Positions 17,501 through 24,961 of a stretch of 27,151 nt of DNA are shown piece after piece. The translations under genes and the position numbers were made by a program. Under the pieces are notes generated by a model that was not told the origin of the DNA, did not search any database, and was given only the letters and a program-made list of their open reading frames with translations. Source of the DNA: Myxococcota bacterium (GTDB lineage: Bacteria; Myxococcota_A; UBA796; GCA-2862545); NCBI GenBank assembly GCA_039208735.1, contig JBCCQY010000123.1, forward strand, positions 1 through 27,151, read 5' to 3'. Numbering within the stretch: the first letter of the stretch is position 1; every line of letters begins with the position of its first letter.

Positions 17501-18475
17501 CAGGACCACCGTCCCACGGGCTGGATCCACGCCGCAGGGATCCTGGAAGACGGCATCGCGATGCACCTCACCCCAGCCCGCATCGAAGCCACCTTCCACC
17601 CCAAGGTTCGGGGTGCATTGACGCTCACGAACCACCTTCACGACCTCGAGAGGATCGTGTTTTGCACGTCGATGGCAGGCCTCGTGGGGTCGATGGGGCA
17701 GGCGAGCTACGCAGCGGCAAACGCCTGGCTCGACGCCTTCGCAGCCGCCCCTCGCTTTGGGGGGACGGCGGTGGCCGTCGCGCTGGGACCGATGGCGGAG
17801 GTGGGCATGGCCGCCGCCCATGAAACTCGCCTTGCGAAGAACGGCGTGCTTTCCATGTCGCCCCAGGCGACCGCCCAAGCGGTCGTCGACGCGACGGGAC
17901 CAAGCCCGCTTCTCGTGGCGAGCCTGGATTTCGAACGCATGGCCAGGCGAGCCCGAGCCCGACCTGTGCTGAATGAGCTGTTGGACGGGCCATCTCCCAC
18001 CTCGGATGCACCTTCCGACGACCCAAGCCAAAGCCGGGATCGACTCGAAGCATGGCTCGTAGACCGGATCAGCACCGACCTCGGCCTGCCCCCGCACCAA
18101 CTCGAGCCCCGTCGCCCCTTGACGTGGCACGGTTTCGATTCGCTGATGGCCATCGAGCTGAAGCGAAGCTTGGACGCTGCCATCGGAACGTCGCTCCCCA
18201 GCGCACCCTTCCTCTCGGGCCCGAGCCTGCAGGGCCTCGTCGATGCCCTCGCACCCATGGTGGTCCGGCAGGGCCCACCGTCGGCTGGCCAGGAGCCTTC
18301 CTTCGCCCGCGTCCCCTCGCTTACCGCGGTGCGTCCAACGTCGACGGGGCCTGGACTGTCGCTCGTCCGCTTGGATGCGGCTCCGGCCGAAGCACCTCCG
18401 CTCCCCGTCCCGGTGCAAATCGGCTTGGGGGCAGTGCTTGTAGCCGGACTAGGACTCGCATGGTTCTTGGTGTGA
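14534..18475 (+). CDS. Single-module type I polyketide synthase: KS, degenerate AT, KR, ACP, C-terminal TM helix
   Basis: GTG 14534 after GGAG. KS: DPIALVGAACRFPG, DPQQRLMLE, NTACSS (Cys 15023), EAHGTGT, KSNIGHLE. KR: ITGGLGALG, HAAGILEDG, GQASYAAAN. ACP: HGFDSLMAIEL (Ser 18140). AT remnant GMGSG in place of GHSxG. Terminal VQIGLGAVLVAGLGLAWFLV. Confidence 0.92.
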   Translation: MADPIALVGAACRFPGAPDLNTFWTLVAEGRDATREVDADRWPETRRPPIARGGFLETIADFDALAFAMSPTQAAETDPQQRLMLEVAVEALEDARLGPPDLRDHTVGVYIGIGASEYDGRFVDPTLGARGLHSGLGNDSSFAAGRIASLLGLRGPALALNTACSSALVALDQATKALRSGGCEIAVVGAVNLLVIPENSARLHRMGVLALDGRCKVFDRSADGYARAEGAGAIVLARVEVASALALPVRAHVLGTAVNQDAGETGLTAPSQAAQAAVIDQALRDAGLTPADIDVVEAHGTGTPTGDPVELEALGRAFADRTAPLPVGSVKSNIGHLEVAAGMAGLLKGVGMLERGEALPHRVHDTPVMLPRPLCLAGSGLATSSQGARALERIGVSAFGLSGTNAHAVLGRAETVITPSESTSDRPRLLVASASSEMGLRTLAAALAGRIEGPSFHAFAASTALTRRPLAHRMTVVATSPAAARSAFQSFASTGRCGAGTEVGTAAAAPLTTLRVGALEGDWAPFIERLRHWPAFRSIVEQADAPLPLVAAVALATQWKAFGWSFQRVEGMGSGRLAASVIRGDRTLAEALANPDPPDMPDGPSSTAHDEERLYVIGEDPAPSVCAATAEMTEADLLASVAAAWCAGVPVAWDVVYPELPHRVGLPPTPWQPTRAWIDDPPAPRVTESRRPPTSPELDPPGPTYQRSFRPLPALPVSAKARSWVIIADHQGVAHALARTLEPPPRVLQPRPIDAETWQPELGDLSDAAGVIFLSALDQRSILDDQGGPVVDAAEDTVRATWLAARWARAILEAGVPTREADEGFRFWIATRGAVAAEEGDAVDPTHGALWGLGATLSLEHPELGVGLVDLDPAGSVGGLAALLGVTTPEDQIALRGDHALAARLTPATPPPPMEWGPGPVLITGGLGALGLHIAETLADRGVRRIELASRRPPSPAASARLQALTARGLQIAVHALDVGDAAAVTAWAQDHRPTGWIHAAGILEDGIAMHLTPARIEATFHPKVRGALTLTNHLHDLERIVFCTSMAGLVGSMGQASYAAANAWLDAFAAAPRFGGTAVAVALGPMAEVGMAAAHETRLAKNGVLSMSPQATAQAVVDATGPSPLLVASLDFERMARRARARPVLNELLDGPSPTSDAPSDDPSQSRDRLEAWLVDRISTDLGLPPHQLEPRRPLTWHGFDSLMAIELKRSLDAAIGTSLPSAPFLSGPSLQGLVDALAPMVVRQGPPSAGQEPSFARVPSLTAVRPTSTGPGLSLVRLDAAPAEAPPLPVPVQIGLGAVLVAGLGLAWFLV

Positions 18476-19270
18476 CTACGGCAGCGTCAGCACTTCTCCG
18501 TCGACCGAAATGACGTGATTGCCACCTCCGGAGGTGTCCCAGGTGCCGCTCGTCATGGGCATGCCGCCGATGCGGGCTTCGCCTGACCACTCGTTGCCCG
18601 AAAGCCACTTGTCAGCCGGTGATCCGCCATTGCCGCCCGATGCCATACCCGCCGCCTGTGCAGCTAGAAGCAGGTTCGCCACCGGCACCGACTGGCCTTC
18701 GAACCCCACGTTTCCCTGCTCGTCGAGCCAATAGCGACCCGGCTGCACAGGGCCCAGGAGCATCGCGTAGACCCCAAGTTCCGCCGCAGGAAGCTGGCGC
18801 CCATTGAGGAACACGCCACTGCGCCCCTTGGAGGCATTGGCCTTCAACATGCCAAAGTCATGCCCTGGCTGGATGGTGCCAAAGACGGGTTCCCCCATGC
18901 GACCAAAAAAGCCGCTGCGAGGGTCGTACCACCACGAGCCAGGCTGGGGGGCCGCCCCGTAGTGCCGCGTGAGGGCTGCAACCTGGCTTTGGGACAGCGC
19001 GCGTCCGTTGATCGAGATGCCCGTGGCGGGCTCGGGCGTAGGGGCCTTCTCGGCCGGGGCCGGCTCAGGAGTCGCGGTGAGGACCACCCCGGGCTCTGCG
19101 GCTTCCGCCATGGGGGCCGACACGGCGACCGGTGGGCTCGAAGGCGTCTTGGACCCCAACACAGCCAAGAGGGTGACCATTCCTGCCAGTCCCCCCATTG
19201 CACCCGTCACACCCAGCACCACGAACGCGACGGCAATCGCGAGACATCCCATTCTCTGCGTGTCTTTCAT
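18476..19270 (-). CDS. Membrane-anchored hypothetical protein with a duplicated NGR..L/PG.[YW]W.D domain (similar to a plant XLG/EDR4-like domain)
   Basis: GGAGG RBS before ATG 19270; N-terminal hydrophobic segment, Pro/Ala/Glu linker, then INGRAL...QPGSWWYDPRSGFFG and VFLNGRQL...QPGRYWLD. Confidence 0.75.
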   Translation of the reverse strand: MKDTQRMGCLAIAVAFVVLGVTGAMGGLAGMVTLLAVLGSKTPSSPPVAVSAPMAEAAEPGVVLTATPEPAPAEKAPTPEPATGISINGRALSQSQVAALTRHYGAAPQPGSWWYDPRSGFFGRMGEPVFGTIQPGHDFGMLKANASKGRSGVFLNGRQLPAAELGVYAMLLGPVQPGRYWLDEQGNVGFEGQSVPVANLLLAAQAAGMASGGNGGSPADKWLSGNEWSGEARIGGMPMTSGTWDTSGGGNHVISVDGEVLTLP

Positions 19271-19335
19271 GCGACCTCCGGTTTGGGCATAGCGGAGGTC
19301 CGGTCGAGGAGCTGGCCCGAAGATATGGTTGTGTC

Positions 19336-19719
19336 ATGGAAACGGATCCGCTCGCCTCGGCGCTGGGCCAATGGGCGGACGGGCTCGCCCCGGCGGCCCG
19401 CGACCAGCTCTCCACCTACGACCTGCGTGCCCTCTACGACCGACTCGCTCGCAAGGGCACGGACGATGGAGGACTGCAAGCCTTCGACAAGTGGCATCAG
19501 GAACTCGGTCCGGCCACCCAGGCGGCACTTTCACGCTACGACCGAGCCGCCCTCGCACAGGTGCTCGCATCGGGACGGCGTTCGTTTGCCATGTCGCCGA
19601 CCGCGGTGGGTCCATCCAACCGACCGGGCGCCTGCGTCGCGTGTGGCAGTCGCGCCCTGGTTCGCACCGGGACGTGCCTGACCTGTCAGGACTGTGGCAC
19701 AACCACGGGCTGTTCCTGA
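19336..19719 (+). CDS. Small protein with a duplicated helical motif and a C-terminal NrdJ-type Cys-rich zinc-ribbon tail
   Basis: ATG 19336, in frame with track ORF 19198..19719; ends CVACGSRALVRTGTCLTCQDCGTTTGCS-stop. Confidence 0.7.
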   Translation: METDPLASALGQWADGLAPAARDQLSTYDLRALYDRLARKGTDDGGLQAFDKWHQELGPATQAALSRYDRAALAQVLASGRRSFAMSPTAVGPSNRPGACVACGSRALVRTGTCLTCQDCGTTTGCS

Positions 19720-20987
19720 GGGTCACGCGGCTCGCGCCACAACCATGGCGTGGCCACGCCCATCAAGGCGAAGAGGACGGCACACAACACGAACAGACCC
19801 GTGCCCAACGTCGGATACAAAAAGCCCCCCACCAACAGCCCGACGATGCTCGCGAAGCTCATCGCGGACGTGACGGCGCCCTGAACCGCTCCCTGCGCTT
19901 CGTCAGGAGAACGGTCCGCCACCAACGCTTGAAAGGTCGGCCAACCAAGGCCGTTTCCTACCGCGAACGCGATGGATGCGACCAAGACCAACCAGGTCTC
20001 TCCGGTCATCATGAGCACAAAGGCCACGGCAAGGGATGCCTGACCCAGGGCAAAGATCGCAGAAGGCGACCACGTGGGCGTAAGGCGGTCGAGCAAGGGC
20101 CCTTGCGCCACGATCATCGAGACCGACATCAGCGCAAAGAAGCCCCCCAAACTCCCGACGTCCCATCCCAAGCCCTGGGCCGCGAAAATGGGAAAGGACG
20201 AATAGAATAGGTTAAAAGCTAGGAGCTGCACGAACGCCGCTCCGATCAAGGCCGGAATGCCAGGGAGCTTTGTGAGATCGACCCGCGGCGTCGCTTCGGG
20301 ACTCCGTGAGCAATCCTTCACCTGGGCGCCGACCGCGGCGATGGCATTGCCAGGCGGCTCCGCAGGTTCCGGGCAGCGCTTTTCGGGCTCGCGCAACAGA
20401 ACGAGCACGAGGACACTTGCCGCAAGGGCCAAAACCCCCGCCCCCACGACGGGCAGGGTGTAGCCCCACGAGGTTCCTCCAAGCAGCCCCGCCAAGGCAG
20501 GGCCCAAGACCATCCCCAGGCTCGCGGCAATTCCCATGCGTGCGAACGCTTGTCCTCGGGCCTCGGCGTTGCCCACCGTCAAATCCGCGACCAACGCGTT
20601 GGCGACGCTCACGTTGCCTCCCGTCACCCCGTCGAGCGCACGTGCGAGGAAGACGAACAGCAGCGGCACGGTCAGCGTGGCCCTTGCGTTCAGGGGCATC
20701 AACTCGTCCATGGGGAGGTACAGCGCGACGAGAAACAAGAGCCATGCCAAGGCGGTTCCGAGCTGGGACACCACCAACACGGGAGTCCGGCCCACGCGGT
20801 CGGACAGCCGCCCCAACAAGGGGGCTCCGATGAGCTGACACGCCGAGTACGTGGCGCCTACGAAACCGTAGACCACACTGTCCCCGCCGAAATCGGTCAC
20901 CAGGAAGACCAAAAAGGGAATGGCGATGCTGTAGCCCAGCGTTCCAATGAAATGGATGGCCAGGAGCGGCCACAGTCGTGAGTCCAT
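19686..20987 (-). CDS. MFS transporter, TetA/DHA1-like
   Basis: ATG 20987 after GGAGG; motif A GRLSDRVGRTPVL, FLARALDGVTGGN, motif C GMVLGPALAGLL; about 12 hydrophobic segments. Confidence 0.92.
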   Translation of the reverse strand: MDSRLWPLLAIHFIGTLGYSIAIPFLVFLVTDFGGDSVVYGFVGATYSACQLIGAPLLGRLSDRVGRTPVLVVSQLGTALAWLLFLVALYLPMDELMPLNARATLTVPLLFVFLARALDGVTGGNVSVANALVADLTVGNAEARGQAFARMGIAASLGMVLGPALAGLLGGTSWGYTLPVVGAGVLALAASVLVLVLLREPEKRCPEPAEPPGNAIAAVGAQVKDCSRSPEATPRVDLTKLPGIPALIGAAFVQLLAFNLFYSSFPIFAAQGLGWDVGSLGGFFALMSVSMIVAQGPLLDRLTPTWSPSAIFALGQASLAVAFVLMMTGETWLVLVASIAFAVGNGLGWPTFQALVADRSPDEAQGAVQGAVTSAMSFASIVGLLVGGFLYPTLGTGLFVLCAVLFALMGVATPWLWREPRDPQEQPVVVPQS

Positions 20988-21109
20988 TCCCCCTCCAAGT
21001 GCCCACCGATAAGGTCGGGCCGCTCGCGACGCCACACCCACCCGAACATGGGCATGGGCTCAAATCACCGATCCTCCGCACCGACAGGGCCACGTGGAGA
21101 GGTGCTTTG

Positions 21110-24100
21110 ATGTTGAAAATACGCCACGTTGCTGCATGGTTTGCGTTGAGCATGATGGGGTGTGCAGACCCCGCGTCCCAAGATGACGTCCCCGTCGATC
21201 TTCCGAGCGGAGACACCGCGGGCGATGACTTCGCCGTCTTCGAGGACATCGCGGTCGACCTTCCTGAAATGGTCGTGGACGACTTGATTCACGGCATTCC
21301 GACTCGAATGCTGGTTCAGCTGGCCGTGGACCCGGTTCCCGAACACACACCGACCGATCCTCGGCGGTTCGCGTTGTTTGCCGAGCGATGGCCCGGCGTC
21401 GTGGCGCACTTTGAGGCCAAACTCCCGTTGGCCGCCTTCGTCGACCGCACCTATCGCCATGTTCCGGTCATCTCCATCGAGGTGGACGACCTCGAGGCCG
21501 CCTACGCCATCCTCGACGACCCCGACGTGGCGCGAATCGAAGCCGACGTCATCCATGAGGCGAGCGACACGTCCGCCCTTGCCCTCATCAACCAGCCGCA
21601 AGCCGCCGCCCGGGGCTTCTTGGGGAATGGAACCTCGGTCGTCATCGTCGATACCGGGCTCGACTACACCCACTCCGACTTCGGTTGCACGGCCGTGGGC
21701 CAACCCAGCAGCTGTCGGGTCGTCGCCGCCCAGGACATGGCGATTGACGATGGCGCCCTTGACGACCATGTTTCCGTTCACGGCACCAACGTGGCCGCGA
21801 TCGTCGGTGCCGTGGCTCCGGGCGCCGACCTCATCGGGCTTGACGTGTTCACCAACGGCAGCCAGGCCTTTACCTCGGACATCCTCGAGGCCCTCGACTG
21901 GTCGGTGCAGAACCAGGCGACTTACAACATTGCCGCCATCAACATGAGCCTCGGCGCAGGCGGCCACACCAGCCAGTGCGGCAACTCGGCGTTCGAGGCG
22001 GGGATTGCCGCCGCGAAGGCTGCGGGCATGTCGGTCGTGGTGGCGGCAGGCAACGATGGGTTCGTCAACGCCATCGCTTCGCCCGCCTGCAGCCCAAGCG
22101 CGTTCACCGTAGGCGCAGTCCTCGACCAGTCGTTTGCGGGCAACGACTGCACCGGACGCCCGTTCGCGGCAGACTCCGTAGCCTGCTTCTCCAACAGTGC
22201 TTCGTTCCTCGACATTCTTGCGCCTGGGGTGGACGTCAGCGGGGGCGGGGTCACGCTGTCGGGCACGTCCATGGCAGCCCCCCACGTGGCCGGCGCCATC
22301 GCCGTGTTGCGAGCGGCCGATCCCAATGCGTCGGTCGATGAACTCGAGCAGAAGCTTGTCGACAACGCGGTCTCGGTCACCGATGCGCGGAACGGGCTGA
22401 CGTTCCCACGGCTCGACCTCAATGCGGCGGTCGATGGCCAAAGCTGTACGTTTACGACGAATCCCACATCGCTGTCCGTGGATGCCTTGGGCGAAAGCGG
22501 CTCCATCTCGGTCACGACCCAGGAAAACTGCGACTTTACGGTGGCCTCGTCCGAAAACTGGATCACGGTCACCCCCGGAAGCGCCAATCAGTCCACCACC
22601 CTCAATTGGACGGCGCTCCCGAATACCGGCTTCTCTCGTTCGGCGACGTTGACCGTGGCCAACCTCACGATCGATGTCACCCAGGCCGCCGCCGACTCTC
22701 CATCGGGCGGCGTGGTCATCGATGGTGGAGCCGCCACCAACAACACGGGCCGCGTCACCCTGACCTTGGACTCGCCGGGCAGCCAACGGATGTGCATCAG
22801 CAACATCTCCGAATCGTGCCGCACCTGGGAAACCTACGCGACGACCAAGGAATGGCGCTTGCGGGGGCGAAACAGTGGCGAACGCACCGTGACCGTCTGG
22901 TTCGAAGCCGGTGGCGTCATCGGCGACCCGGTTTCCGACACCATCGTGTATGACCGGGTGGTCCCGCGCGGCGGCAACGTCACCGCCCAGGGCGCCATCG
23001 AAGGCATCACGTTGTCGTGGGGCGACTTCACCGACGACTACACGGGCATCGCCTCCTACAAGGTCGTCCAGTCGCAAGGCCGGGGCCTGCCCCGAAGCCG
23101 CTGCACCGAGACCCCGATTTACGAAGGCACCGACACCACCCTGATGGTGCCGGACTTGGACGGCACCTACAACTGGCGGGTGTGCCCAGTGGATGGCGCG
23201 GGCAACGTGGGAACCGGCGATACCATCTCGTTCACGACCCGCCCCGAATACACGCCGCCTACGGGTGAAGTGAGCCTGGCCAACGGCTCAGACTTCACCA
23301 ACGCAACCCGCGTTCCCGTCGCGCTGACGGCAACCGACGCCTCGGGCGTGAGCCAGATGTGCCTGTCGCCGAACCCGGACCGGTGCACCCGCTTTGTCCA
23401 GTTCGCTTCCACGACCACGGTTCAGATTCGTGGGGCGGGATCCCACACGGTCTACGCGTGGTTCAAGGACCTGCACGGCAACATCGGCGGCCCCTTCCAG
23501 GACACGGTGACCGTGGAAACCACTGCGCCGTTGGACGGCGCCATCACGGTCGAGGCCGGAGATCAAACCGTCACGATCACGCCCTCGGGCTTTAGCGACG
23601 CCGAAAGCGGGTTGGCCGGCTACATCGTGCTGAACAGCTCCACAACAGAGCCCGGCCGCCGCTGCCGGTCGGGCGAAGTCATCTACGAAGGCTCGGCCAA
23701 TCCCATTGTGCTCAACGGCCGTCCCAATGGAGAAACCCACCATCTTCGGGTGTGCGCGGTCGACGCAGCAGGCAACGTGTCGTCCGGGGTGGCCGCGGTC
23801 GCCACGCCGGTTCCCGAAAGCACGGGCCCCGTGGGCACGATCGACATCGAAAACGGCGCTCGGTACAGCCGAAGCTCGACGGTCACGGTCAACCTGTCGG
23901 CGCAGGACGATTCGGGCGTGACCGACATGTGCATCACCAGCCGGCCTCCATGTCGGCGCTTCCGACCCTTCGAAAGCCAGGTGACCTGGACCATTGGTAC
24001 CGGTGACACCACCATCACGGTGCGATTCCGCGACCAGTGGGGCAACGAAGGGGCCGACGTCAGCGATGTGATTGGGCTCGATCGGACAGCCCCCAAGGAC

Positions 24101-24958
24101 GGCACGCTACAAGCCGACCGTAGCGACTCCGAGCTGGTGCTTCGCTTCACGAACTTCACGGACGACCAGTCGGGCGTGGCCAGCTACAAGCTGTTCCAGG
24201 TCGAAGGGGTCACGCCCCCTCGGTCGTGCCGAGGCAACCCCTCCTGGACGGGCACCTCCTCGAGCGTCACCCTCGGCGGCCTCACCAATGGAACGCCCTA
24301 CAGCTTCCTCGTGTGCGCGGTCGATGCCGTGGGCAACACCTCGCGCGGCACCAAGGCCACGTTCGTACCTGCACCCGAACTCGACGCACCCACAGGATCG
24401 GTCGAGATCAACGAAGGTGAGACGTGGACGGGCAACCGACGGGTGGAACTGAAGCTCGACGCCACGGACGCGAGCGGCGTCGCCCGGATGTGCGTGGACG
24501 TGCGCAGCTCCGACACCTGCACCCGGTGGATTGCCTACCAGGAGTCGTACCGCGTCTCGCTGGCCGGTGCGGGCCAGGTTCCCGTGCGGGTGTGGTTCGA
24601 AGATGTGTGGGGCAACCAGACCAGCACCTACGTCGAAGACGTCATCGGCTACGACGCCACGCGTCCCGTCGACGGGGTGTTGACGGCAACGGCCAACGGC
24701 TCCGAGGTCGATCTGGCATGGTCAGGCTTTGAAGACGGTGCCGGCTCGGGCGTCGCTTCCTACACGGTGCGGGCTCGCGAAGGTCGAGCCCCGCCCAACT
24801 GCCGCGTGGGAGACCTCATCTACACGGGACCGAACACCGAAGTGACGACCTCGGGGCTGCTGCCCAATACCCGCTACGGCTTCCGCGTGTGTGCCACCGA
24901 TCAGGCCGGCAACACCTCTCGGGGCATCAGCGTCGATGCGACGACGGGCCTAAAGTAG
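21110..24958 (+). CDS. Lipoprotein S8 (subtilisin-like) serine peptidase with a BACON-like domain and four Ig-like/FN3 tandem repeats
   Basis: ATG 21110 after GAGGTG; signal ending LSMMGC; catalytic motifs IVDTG, HGTNVA, AAGND, GTSMAAPHVAG; BACON-like SSENWITV...NTGFSRSATLTVA; four approximately 190-aa repeats. Confidence 0.92.
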   Translation: MLKIRHVAAWFALSMMGCADPASQDDVPVDLPSGDTAGDDFAVFEDIAVDLPEMVVDDLIHGIPTRMLVQLAVDPVPEHTPTDPRRFALFAERWPGVVAHFEAKLPLAAFVDRTYRHVPVISIEVDDLEAAYAILDDPDVARIEADVIHEASDTSALALINQPQAAARGFLGNGTSVVIVDTGLDYTHSDFGCTAVGQPSSCRVVAAQDMAIDDGALDDHVSVHGTNVAAIVGAVAPGADLIGLDVFTNGSQAFTSDILEALDWSVQNQATYNIAAINMSLGAGGHTSQCGNSAFEAGIAAAKAAGMSVVVAAGNDGFVNAIASPACSPSAFTVGAVLDQSFAGNDCTGRPFAADSVACFSNSASFLDILAPGVDVSGGGVTLSGTSMAAPHVAGAIAVLRAADPNASVDELEQKLVDNAVSVTDARNGLTFPRLDLNAAVDGQSCTFTTNPTSLSVDALGESGSISVTTQENCDFTVASSENWITVTPGSANQSTTLNWTALPNTGFSRSATLTVANLTIDVTQAAADSPSGGVVIDGGAATNNTGRVTLTLDSPGSQRMCISNISESCRTWETYATTKEWRLRGRNSGERTVTVWFEAGGVIGDPVSDTIVYDRVVPRGGNVTAQGAIEGITLSWGDFTDDYTGIASYKVVQSQGRGLPRSRCTETPIYEGTDTTLMVPDLDGTYNWRVCPVDGAGNVGTGDTISFTTRPEYTPPTGEVSLANGSDFTNATRVPVALTATDASGVSQMCLSPNPDRCTRFVQFASTTTVQIRGAGSHTVYAWFKDLHGNIGGPFQDTVTVETTAPLDGAITVEAGDQTVTITPSGFSDAESGLAGYIVLNSSTTEPGRRCRSGEVIYEGSANPIVLNGRPNGETHHLRVCAVDAAGNVSSGVAAVATPVPESTGPVGTIDIENGARYSRSSTVTVNLSAQDDSGVTDMCITSRPPCRRFRPFESQVTWTIGTGDTTITVRFRDQWGNEGADVSDVIGLDRTAPKDGTLQADRSDSELVLRFTNFTDDQSGVASYKLFQVEGVTPPRSCRGNPSWTGTSSSVTLGGLTNGTPYSFLVCAVDAVGNTSRGTKATFVPAPELDAPTGSVEINEGETWTGNRRVELKLDATDASGVARMCVDVRSSDTCTRWIAYQESYRVSLAGAGQVPVRVWFEDVWGNQTSTYVEDVIGYDATRPVDGVLTATANGSEVDLAWSGFEDGAGSGVASYTVRAREGRAPPNCRVGDLIYTGPNTEVTTSGLLPNTRYGFRVCATDQAGNTSRGISVDATTGLK
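22691..24955 (+). repeat. Four tandem approximately 190-aa two-domain repeats in the S8 protease
   Basis: Each unit has P.G.V.I..G...V.L...MC...C...F...G followed by F.D..[ST]G.A.Y...C...VC..D..GN. Units begin near 22691, 23250, 23818 and 24380. Confidence 0.85.
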
Positions 24959-24961
24959 CCA

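Noticed and set aside
19686..20987. Calling the MFS a tetracycline resistance gene (tetA)
   Set aside because: The motifs support only DHA1-family membership; there is no TetR neighbour and substrate cannot be inferred.
21065..23077. 670-aa minus-strand ORF, and similar long ORFs at 14417..15625, 15668..16738, 17408..18418, 5719..6654 and 26136..27038
   Set aside because: Each lies opposite a well-supported gene, has no recognisable motifs, and is expected from stop-codon scarcity in GC-rich DNA.
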